Shown: piece after piece, positions 54,401-64,000 of the stretch
Position numbering within the stretch: position 1 is the stretch's first letter
Layout of the letters: each line of letters begins with the position of its first letter
Origin: Takakia lepidozioides
Taxonomy: Eukaryota > Plantae > Bryophyta
Length of the DNA: 64,000 nt
Assembly: GCA_030704615.1 (NCBI GenBank)
Contig: CM060733.1
Location: 26,536,001 to 26,600,000, forward strand
Reading direction: 5' to 3'
Program-made: the position numbers and the translations under genes
Notes under the pieces: model-generated
Database searches by the model: none
The model's input: only the letters and a program-made list of their open reading frames with translations
Told to the model about the DNA's origin: nothing

Positions 54401-56112
54401 TGATACCATACCAGTAGATCAGATGGGTGGTACATCCATCTCTCAATCAAACACGAGTGAGCCATCTGTACATTCTCTGGGCCAGGTTGTGGTGGAGGCT
54501 TCAGGAGCTGATGAAGGTTCACAGGTGAGACATAACGGGAAGAACGTCAGAAGTACTAGTGTGAAAGAGTAGTTCACCTAGAGTAGGGGCTGACAATCTA
54601 GTCGGAGGACAATTACACAAGCTCACTTTACTGTCTGTTCAAGTGATGCGATGCTCACAACCTTGGCCAGTTGCTCACCTATATGCATGTTTTTATTGTT
54701 CATCAGAAGTGCAAGCTAACACCTACTACTTGATTAGGCCATATTTTTGGCTTACACCTGGCAGTGTAGTGTTTCTGAAGACTTCCCTTCAAACATCGTC
54801 TGGTAGTTAACCTGAAATCTCACCATTCCCTAAATTTTTTGTTTTTGTCCCTAGTTGCACAACAGATAGCAGGAACCTTGAACTTAGTAGATGACACATG
54901 TTATATACACCCATGTGTATGTGTGTGTGCGCGTGTATGGGTGCATCCACAGACCATGCCATTCACCCTGCAGTCCAAACCTGCAGTATGTGCTTGTGAA
55001 ACAAGTACATACTGGAAATACCCCTACATAGTTGAAGTAAAGAATCAAAGAGATGTACTGGATGGGAGGCTTGTGGAGGATCTAATTCATGTATGTACAT
55101 TTCCGCTTACTCTCATTTAATGGCACAGATCATCGATCACATGTGGGTTTTTGGCATCTGGCAGATGGAGCTGGAGATGAATGATGTCTTGTTGCCGTTA
55201 CATATAAATTCGGGAGAGCCGGAGGTTGGCCTTGAGCAGGTGGAAACTGCTGGTAGCAAGATCCCAGACAAGCCCAGCAGCAGTGCTGTGGATAAAGAAC
55301 CAGATTTCAAAGTGTCTTTCAAAAATGACCTCATGCAGACGGAGATCACTGTTGAGGGACCTGACCAAGAAATGCTCCTTTTCGATCTCACACTTGCATT
55401 CAATGAAATGGGACTGAGGTTTGTGCCTTGACACTGTTACCAGCTTTATTCTCTTTCGGTTGCTGTTGGGTAGTTCATAAGGGCGAACCTCTTCTAAATG
55501 CCTGTTTGGGGTCCGAATGAAGGGACTAGTGTAAGCCATTAGGTTTTGTTGTTCCAGCAAGCGTTTGTGAAGTCAACCATCTAAGCTATGACAGTGGGTT
55601 CTATGAGAAGTTGTGAAATGCCAGTCAAATAGTCACTGGAATGTCAGACTCTTAGGCATTGTGTAGGCATTCTTTCGGTGAGATCCAAATAATTGCATGA
55701 TGTAGCAGTTGCTGTTTGACTGTTAAATTCTTCCAATCTTTTACCTGGTGTGCGGTGTTCTTTGCCTGTGGGTGTTAAGAGGCCAAAGCCTGTTTGAGCC
55801 GTCATTGTCTACCTCTGACATGCCTTAACCTATATCTCATGTGAGTGGTTCTCCTCGTATTCCAAGATGTCCTTAGAGACAGGATCCCACCCCCGTCACT
55901 TTTGAGTCTGACATGGAGATGGTTACTTCTTGCTGGCTGGCTGCAGTGTGCAAAGGGCGAAGATTGCAACGCAAGACAATTATGTGAAAGATGTGTTTTA
56001 TGTGGTGGATGGGGAGACCCGGGCCCCCCTGGAGTCCTCCCGCTGGGATGTAGTTAGCACTCGGATTCTCCAACGCATTGCTGAGCGGCAACAGCTCCTT
56101 GGGGAACCATAA
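51470..56112 (+). CDS. DUF1442-like SAM-methyltransferase-fold protein with a low-complexity linker and a C-terminal ACR/GlnD-type ACT domain (616 aa)
   Basis: Six GT-AG exons join in one open frame (1851 nt): 51470-51535, 51742-52054, 52882-53110, 53702-54524, 55165-55418, 55947-56112. N-terminal: W.SDIATSAFCETV, EPASAEFLSALAAG, STIALAAAARVTG, GAIVVADNA, TLPLGRGMEITK. C-terminal: TEITVEGPDQEMLLFDLTLAFNEMGLSVQRAKIAT...VKDVFYVVD. Confidence 0.85.
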
Positions 56113-58741
56113 TCAACAGGGCCCTGTTGTAGCTGGCCGGCCTCTCATTTTGCCTTCTTCTAGCATGTTGAGAGTGGGCTCTCCTAGCGCCTGTCCTTTG
56201 CATAGTTCGAGTAGGTCTCCCAGGAAAGGGCATTTGTGAAAATGTCTTTATGGAACTGCAACAGCTGCTTGAAAAGGTTGCTGTCCAGCATGGTTTCCTC
56301 ATGATGCCATGTGAAGAGCAAGAATCTATCACATAGGCAGGACATCATGAAAGCTCGTTAGGGTTCATGGGGCCATAGGGTTTATCGAAAACTTTTTGTG
56401 ATATGGGTCTCTATAGAAAGCAAAGGTACAGAGAGTTGCAGATGTTATTTGATAAATGCTAACTGTCCTTGGGGTGGTATCCTGGTGTTGTACTTGTGTG
56501 GCAATGGCTCCTCATTTCGTCTGCAGCCCTTGTGGTGTGCGGCAGACGATGAGATTTGGAGGCTGTATTTTAGAATTTTTGTTGCCATTATTGTATTCTT
56601 CAGAGTTATGACTGTTATCAATCAAGTTTTTTGGGTGATTGTCACCTCAGAGAGCAGCCATGTTGTTATCTCCCAACATTCAAGAAATCATAGTGACATG
56701 TTTCTTGTGGAGGATATTGTCTGTGGCCTCTTTGAAAAGATGAAATTGGCTGCTAATGATATACTGTTATCAACTCCAGCAGTGGAAAAGGTATTGGGAC
56801 AGGAGCAGGACTGCAGTGGCCAAAGCCAAACTCATTATAGTGGCGTTCAAGAGTGAGCAATGGCCACAACCTGGAAAACATATTCTAGAGTTGCCCATCG
56901 CGTACTTGTTGAGGCTGCAGTATATGTTTGACTGGGAATCTTTGAGGTAACACTTTGACCTCACCTCTCTGTGTACTCTCTTAAGTGTTGTATTTGCGTC
57001 AAAGAAACTCGTAGGGGTGGCAAACCAATGGTTTTAATGCCTGCAGTACATGAAGCCAGACAGGGGAACAATCTACTCCAGGAGTTCCTATACACAGCGA
57101 GTCAAGGAAAAGATATTATCTTATGCCCAGCTGCTGAGAACCTTGGAGTGTGCAAATGTTGGGTTGGTGTCTTGACATATCTGCCTAGGGGCGTTTGAAA
57201 TGCACGAGTGTTCTATCAAACACCTTATCAATAGAGAAATGAACCCTCCAGCAAGAGGATTTCACTTTGAGAGCGCAATGTACCCTCTTCTCCACACATC
57301 CCTTCTGCATTTTTTGGAAAAATTTCCAGGACTCTTATGTCGAGGGTTGATTCCAGGTGCCAACAGCTCACCAACAATGTTGTTAGCAGGATTCCTCCAT
57401 GATCTTGTTTGTGAAATGCAGAGCCTCATTCAGTGAACATGTACCCAGCGGTACTTCAGAGGTGATTTGTTTCCACGACTCTAATCCAATTTGCAACAAT
57501 ATCAAGTGCTCTGAGACCTTTGCATGAGGCTTGATGAGAACTCTTTGTGAATTCTGTTGACAAAAACTACGCACCATACACCTCTCTGATCATGTCATGC
57601 TTATGACCAATGCTTTCTAGATGGTTTACAAATTGAAAAGCCGTTTTGATGGCAAAGGTGAGTGCAGCACGGCCCTCAGCACCGCTTGTCATACCTAAGG
57701 ATTTTACCTTTCTCAACTTAGGTACCAGGTACCATCATATAGCTAGATTCAAGATATGAATTACCCAAAGTGCAGAGTAAGCTGTAATCTAGTAACGCTA
57801 TTAAACGTTACAGAGAAAATTGGTCTGTCCAGAGGGAATCTACGCCGAAACAATAGAGAGAGTGAAGCCAGAGAGAAACCAACTTGGTAGCCATAATATC
57901 GGTTTTAGTTGCCAAAATGAAACATTAGTAGAGCCTTTTGCTGCTTGCCTGCTACAGTTTCTCCCTTTCTTCATCTCCTCCTCCTTGGCTTTTCTTTCAT
58001 CACAAGACAATTTCATCCATGTAGAATGAAGTGTTTAAAAGATGTCATCCATTTAAAGTTCATAGCAAAGCTGGAGAGGTAGGTTTTAATATGAATATAG
58101 AAATCTATTGCACAAAAGGGGTTGAAAACACACACGTGTTGATGAGATCCATAGCGCTTTGCAAGTCAAGTCAAATGGAAGATATCTATAACCATTCAAA
58201 GCATTCATCTGTCCATATCACAAATGCAATATTATCAATATCTGCGGTCATCGGTCTCTACCCGGTGATAGGCCAACATACACTAGTTGTGTTGTGCGAG
58301 AATTCACCTCAAACCTTATGGACAAAAAAACAAAAACAATGTGGATGTGTTGCCCCACACAAGCATAAATTGTGGTATCACTTGACCGCAAAGGACTACT
58401 CCCTTCCGGTGGAAGGTGACAGTCCCAAGATAATGCTGGGAATTTTTATTTTTATTTATTTTTCGCAACAGGGGACAGAGGCCCTGGAAAAAAATTAAAA
58501 CCCTTGATTGCCTGCAGGCGGCCATAAGGCTGGATAACTCCCGAAGAGTAACTAGGAACGAGGACACCATGGACTTGTTGCATATAGGCAAGCTATTTTA
58601 TAATTGTCCACATCATTGTCCATATGTTAAATTATGCAACTACTCTAAAAGTAATAAAAAAGTAATAAAAGTCGGAAAGACCCTATCAGGAGATTACCTA
58701 ACCCACAACCACTGAGTTCCCCCTCCAAAGGATTTACTGGC

Positions 58742-58813
58742 AGGCCCCACCGAGATTCGAACTCGGGCTCTTGGATTCAAAGTCCAATGTCGTAACCACT
58801 AGACTATGGGGCC
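58742..58813 (-). tRNA. tRNA-Gln (anticodon UUG), intronless
   Basis: GGCCCCATAGTCTAGTGGTTACGACATTGGACTTTGAATCCAAGAGCCCGAGTTCGAATCTCGGTGGGGCCT. 7-bp acceptor stem, GTC/GAC D stem, TTGGA/TCCAA anticodon stem around CTTTGAA, GTTCGAATC T loop. TATA-like element about 30 nt upstream. Confidence 0.96.
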
Positions 58814-58909
58814 ACTCATACACAACAAACGATGTTTTTAATATATAGACCAGTCATGATCAGAGGTCGGAGACTAATTTTAGTATAGAGCAGGCTTAGG
58901 GTGTCTTTG

Positions 58910-58995
58910 TGCCACGTTATCGTCGCCACGTTTGCTCGTCTGCCACGCTTCATCGCTACGTCATCGTCGTCGCGTCATTGTCGCCACGTTTCGTT
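58910..58995. repeat. Short array of degenerate (TCGTC)GCCACGT units
   Basis: About 6 degenerate 14-17 bp units: GCCACGTT, GCCACGTT, GCCACGCT, GCTACGTC, GTCGCGTC, GCCACGTT. Confidence 0.65.
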
Positions 58996-59977
58996 GTCGT
59001 AAATGTTTTGAAACTGCCCGTATTGCCCTAAAAATCCGAAAATAAGTTATCGAATTGCAATGTATGGGTTATAGTCCCCAACTGGTATGTCCTTTTTGAT
59101 GTAAGGGGTCAAAACTTGTGTTTGATATCGTCCCAAGGATATCTGAGATGACATCTTGGATGAAGAGCAAGTCTTCCCAGTATGAGTATGAAGGCATGTA
59201 TGTGTGCAGCGAGTTGGATTTGCAGATGAGTTTTGAGTTGGCGTACATAGTTCCACTTCTTTTATTAACATTAAATTTTTGAAAGGTAACTGACCCCCCT
59301 CCTCCTCAATGGGGTACAAAGAATGATACATATAATCTCCATAACCAAGCCTGGTTCTGACATCAAAACTGAACTGCCCTATTGGGCCTTCCTGCTAGAC
59401 AATGGTACTTTCACTGCAATGAGGAAGAGTGAACTTCTGTTGTACACCAGAGCATTTTGATGAAGCAGCTGGGTCATTTCTTGTTCTCCAATAATCCCAT
59501 CCTCCAACAATCTCTTCAATGACAGCTGCAAACTGAAAAACGATTGGCGATTCATACTTGACTTTCCATAATGATCTCTAGGCAATTTCCCTATTCGGCT
59601 TCATGGCTCCCCATTGAAAGGGCCACAATCTCTATGTTACAAATAACGATTTGGTCATCTTAAATCCTCGAACAACGGTAGTACTAACTGCCTTCACATC
59701 ACGGCTATAGCAGTCAACTTCGGATTTAGTACAAATGAACAGTTCCCGCACCACTGCCTCAGAGATTCCACAACTCAAAGAATAACAGGACTTCGGCAGC
59801 TTACAACAATCTCTCATAATTCCATCTTGAATAAGCAGCCATTAATTTGGCCAGATGGATGGACAGGCTGAAATAGGACAAGTGCTCAATACCTTCATCC
59901 CATACACAAGCTATCGCAAACAGACCTGTGACATTGGAGAGTGAAGCATTTCTCAAGCAGCCACACAACGAAAGGCG

Positions 59978-61671
59978 CTAGAAACCAGTATTGTCAGGGT
60001 CCCCTGCAGCTGCTGGAAGGGGTTCTCGCAAACCTGATTGCTGCCCAGGGCCTGGCTGTTGCCACAGTTGTTCACTGCCCATGCTGGTCTCCTCACTCTC
60101 CCAGTCCCGCCTTCTCTTCTTTGCTTGGCCATGCCTTGATCTCCTTGGGGCCTCATCCTCACTTTCACTCTCATCCTCATCACCCGTATAGTTGGTGGTA
60201 CCCACAGAACCAGGCATCTGCTGCCTTTTGCCTCCACCTGCAGAAAATTGTGCACCTGTATCTACTTGTGCACCTTCCTCATTAATAGCTGTTGGGGGTG
60301 TCGGCAGACCCTTGCCAGTGGCTACTGCTGCTTTGTGGGGACCACTACCACGCTCCACTCTTCTCCTTTTTTGCTGCTCCCCTTGGCCCCCTCGGCCTCC
60401 CCTTCCAGCTCCAAACGGTGCCCGAAAGGACATACCTGGTGGTCGGGCCAGTCCCCGCCCCACAGGGCCAGGGCCTGCTGGCCCTGGCATGAAGTGAGGA
60501 GGCCTGCCAGCTGTGGTCATCATTGGCCCTCCTCCCCCCATTATGGGTTGGGGAGGTCCCATCATTCCAGGTCCATTCAGACCCATCATCATTCCATTGG
60601 GTGGTGGTGGTCTTCCAGCAAACCCCATCCCCAGCCCGGGGCCGGGGCCATCCATGGGCCCAAAATTCATATTCCCCCCAGGCCCCATATTTGGAAACTC
60701 GGGGCCCATAAATCCAGGGCCAGGTCCTCCAGGATGCCCAAAAGGAGGGAATCCCCTGCCAGGCCCTGGAGCAGGTCCACCAAACACATCCCCAGAGCCC
60801 ATACCAAACCCATCCCCAGGGCCCATTCCAAACCTGTCAAAGCTCATGCCAAATCCCTCTCCACCACCCATTTCATGAGGGAAGGGCATCACCCTACCCC
60901 CAGAACCAATCCCCCCCATCATTCCTCTCCCCCCCCTTCCCATGGTTTCAAAAGCAGGTCCATTTGGTCCATGAGGGGGCCACATTCGCCCTCCTCTACC
61001 CATGCCCAGCTGTCGGCCACGACCTGCTGGAATTAGAGCTGTAGAGGTTGTATGGCTGGCACCATCATCATCGTCACTGTCCTCATCGTCAGGCTCCTCA
61101 TCCTCATTGTCCTCAAATGGAATGATTTCTGCCTCATGCTCAGCCTCCTGCCCACCAAGTGCTGTCTCTTCTTCCCGCTTCGCTTCTGCCTCCTTTGCAA
61201 GAGCCTGCTAAGCCACAATACCAGTGTCTTATTGCCAATACCATAACACTCTCTATTTTACATACACTCTGCGCCTACAGGAGACGTATATTGCCAGGCT
61301 GGCTAGCGAAGCGGCTTTCTGTAACTCGTTCAAGAAATTCAGCACCAATTTAAAAGCCAGGTACATGGCACAGGAGACTTGAACTAGATGCCTTAACAGG
61401 TAGACAAATTACCAACATAGAGCACATAAAGCAATTCTCTGTATGATCCCCCAGTTATATGCAAAAGCAGTGTGGTCCTGATGAAAGTTGGGAAGTGCAC
61501 TCTGTTCAACACTACAAGACTCACAAATGACAATACACAGGTGAAAAAATGAATCCAATCATAAGCAGCCCATAGACAGCTTACCTGGAGTTCACTGTCG
61601 GGCTCACTATACAATAACAACGCCAGTTGCTCCCCAACAAGTGGTTCCAACTCCTGGCAATCCCTACTTAT
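59978..61671 (-). CDS. CPSF30: CPSF30 long isoform, last two coding exons (end of YTH domain, acidic and Gly/Pro-rich tail); the 5' part lies beyond the window
   Basis: Exon 61671-61585: ISRDCQELEPLVGEQLALLLYSEPDSELQ. Exon 61204-59978: ALAKEAEAKREEE..IIPFEDNE.. and DESESEDEAPRRSRHGQAKKRRR. These are characteristic of plant CPSF30-L. Confidence 0.92.
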
Positions 61672-62159
61672 CTGCATCCCCACTTCAAGCCATTAGAACA
61701 ATGCAGGGTGCTGCATAATCTAGCTCACAGTAGGACCCTTGAAGGATAAAATTCATAACTGGCCTGCCCAATCTAAACTAGTACTGCACCCACATGTCAT
61801 GCAGTCAAGTGCGCAAAGAAGATCATCAAAAATGCAGAACGAGCCGCACCTTCACAGGAAGATTTTCATTGTAGGGGTTTCGCAAGTGCCGAGTCTTAAT
61901 GAACGATAACTCACACAACTGAGACAAAACACCACCAAGCCCCCTTAGAACGTGCCACCAATCTAAAGGACTTACTCATGCATCAAGTTGGAACCCCTCC
62001 TGCAGTGGCACTCAGAAATTTCTATTCAAGGCCAAAATAATCCAACAAAGGCACCATGCTCCAAGTCCTCATACTCCTCATACTTAATTGATTGGGAAGC
62101 AGTACCAACAACCATCCAGTTTCTCATCTGGTGCTTGACTATAGTGACTGTAGGGACAA

Positions 62160-64000
62160 GAGAGATTGTACTCATAAGACGTTGTTTGCCGTAGCCTTGT
62201 GGCCATTGACCCCGCGCCCAGTTTGAGCGGGAACAAAAGGGACAGAACCTACCTCTGTCAGGGGCTGACGTTGGTAGTAAGACTTACCTTCATATATAGA
62301 ATCAATCCAGGTTTTCCAGATATCCTCTAGAAATCCCTTCACACAAGCATCAATCTGCTGTGTGTGATTTGCCCAAAAACTAGGCCTCAGGAGGGCCTGG
62401 GCTTTTGGCTCAGCCTCGAGACTTTCAAAGTTGGTAAACAGGGGTACAGGCACAATTCCCTTGATAGATTTGAAGAGAGCGTCTCTTTGGTGAGAGAACC
62501 CCGGACAGTGTATCAGAAAATGAATACTGTCTTCAGATTGCCCACACAACGGGCAATTGCACTCTCCCTTTCCTCTCTGCTTCTGTTTGCTGTTCAAAGG
62601 TAGGCTTCCTGCCCTGAGTTTAAATTTCAGTCTAGTGCCGAGATTGGGTAGACCCTTGAGGTCATCCAAGATGTCCTCCCCCATGTCACAGACTGGAAAC
62701 AAGTTCAGGGAAGTTTTCAGTTTTCAGTTTTCAGTTTCCAGTTTCTCATCTGGTGCTTGACTATAGTGACTGTAGGGACAAGAGAGAATGTACTCATAAG
62801 ACGTTGTTTGCCGTAGCCCTGTGGCCATTGACCCCGCAACCAGTTTGAGCGGAACACAAAGGGACATAACCTAGGGACAGAACCTACCTTGTCAGGGGCT
62901 GACGCCGGTAGTAAGACTTACGTTGGAATAAACAACTGATCTGGGTTTGCCAGATATCCTCTAGAAATCCCCTCACACAAGCATCAATCTGCTGTGTGTG
63001 GTTTGCCCAATAACTAGGCCCTGAAAGGGCCTGGGCTTTTGGCTCAGCCTCGAGACTTTCAAAGTTGGTAAACAGAGGTACAGGCACAATTCCCTTGATA
63101 GATTTGAGGAGAGCGTCTCTCTGGTGAGAGAACCCCAAAATGAATCAGAAAATGAGTATTGTCTTCAGGTTGCCCACACAATGGGCAATTGCACTCTCCG
63201 TTTCCTCTCTGCTTCTGTTTGCTGTTCAAAGGTAGGCTTCCCGCCCTTAGTTTAAATGTCAGTCTAGTGCCGAGAGTGGGTAGACTCCATGATATCCTCC
63301 CCCATGTCACAGACTGGAAACAAGTTCAGGGAAGTTTTCTGCCTAACTTCCTTTCCATCAGACAATTTCCTGGCAACAGACATGGCTCTGGACACTACAG
63401 CCTCTAAATCAGATTGATTTAGCAGGGTCAAGACTTTCAGATCCTTGAGAATCTCTTCTACTCTCTTCCGCCAGGACTTAGCCTGTTTGATAGGGCGATC
63501 CTGTTCCAAGATATAGAGTCGATTAACTTAGGATATCTGATGTTGGACATATGTTGCAGCTGAGCCCACCATCTGACCTTGAATTCATCTCGTCATGAGC
63601 TTAAAGAAGGGATGCCAAACTCAACCCGAACAGCCACATTGGCTGTTTTGGAGCATGCTGACATGCACTCAAGCAGCCCCACTTGAATGGATTCTAGAGA
63701 CTTAGCCTGGTTGGAGTTATCAAACCATAGGGCAGATGCCTACTTCAAGGCAGGTCTAATAATGTGACAAAGCATGGTTTTCTTGATGTCAGAGTTGATC
63801 CCTCTGCAGTGGAAAAATTTAGTGGGACCCAGCGCTTTGCGCTTGCCAGTTTGAACAACTTTCTGAATATGTGCATCCCAAACACAGTTGGAGGAAAACT
63901 CAACACTGAGGTATGTGTAGGAAGGGAGGACCGGAATCTCTTGGCTTCCCCACTACCACTTGAGCTCACCCCCTCCCTCTCCTCGGTCGTTGAATGCCAC
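62160..64000 (-). mobile_element. Two tandem LINE 3' segments in a CPSF30 intron (about 62160-62718 and 62780->64000)
   Basis: Both encode LRAGSLPL..CPLCGQ.ED..HFLI and end at the VNGH.ATANNVL* terminus. Same family as 33739-34890. Confidence 0.88.

Noticed and set aside
56400-58600. Additional gene between the ACT-fusion gene and the tRNA
   Set aside because: Only short ORFs without motifs or a consistent exon chain.
58665-58741. Dicistronic tRNA-snoRNA (about 70-nt trailer with CTGA before the first T-run)
   Set aside because: No C box (RUGAUGA) and no terminal stem.
60192-61036. Long plus-strand ORFs (262 aa, 121 aa and others)
   Set aside because: Antisense shadows of the GC-rich Gly/Pro exon of CPSF30.
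1-64000. CRISPR array or prokaryotic system
   Set aside because: No regularly spaced identical repeats with unique spacers; the genes have spliceosomal introns.

Overview
This is eukaryotic nuclear DNA from a land plant; a bryophyte-like lineage is my inference from gene and TE content. There are four intron-containing host genes: COP1 (minus strand, runs off the left edge), an S9 prolyl-oligopeptidase-family serine peptidase (minus), a DUF1442/SAM-methyltransferase-fold protein fused to a C-terminal ACT domain (plus), and the 3' part of CPSF30-L (minus, runs off the right edge). There is also one tRNA-Gln(UUG). The centre (about 25.9-47.7 kb) is a nest of transposons. A possible L1 remnant adjoins a decayed Ty3/gypsy element that has a dUTPase-like domain between protease and RT. 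A 13.7-kb CACTA element with 19-bp TIRs and an AGA TSD has inserted exactly into the gypsy protease active-site codons. The CACTA is the most unusual object. Its DDE transposase is on the plus strand, and a divergently oriented TnpA-like accessory gene embeds an FCP1/NIF-type HAD phosphatase domain. It may carry a third spliced gene, and inverted LINE fragments lie between the two main genes. Smaller elements include two hAT MITEs with 8-bp TSDs, two tRNA-derived SINE copies, a hAT transposase relic and tandem LINE 3' ends in a CPSF30 intron. All domain calls come from motif recognition by eye; no searches were run.
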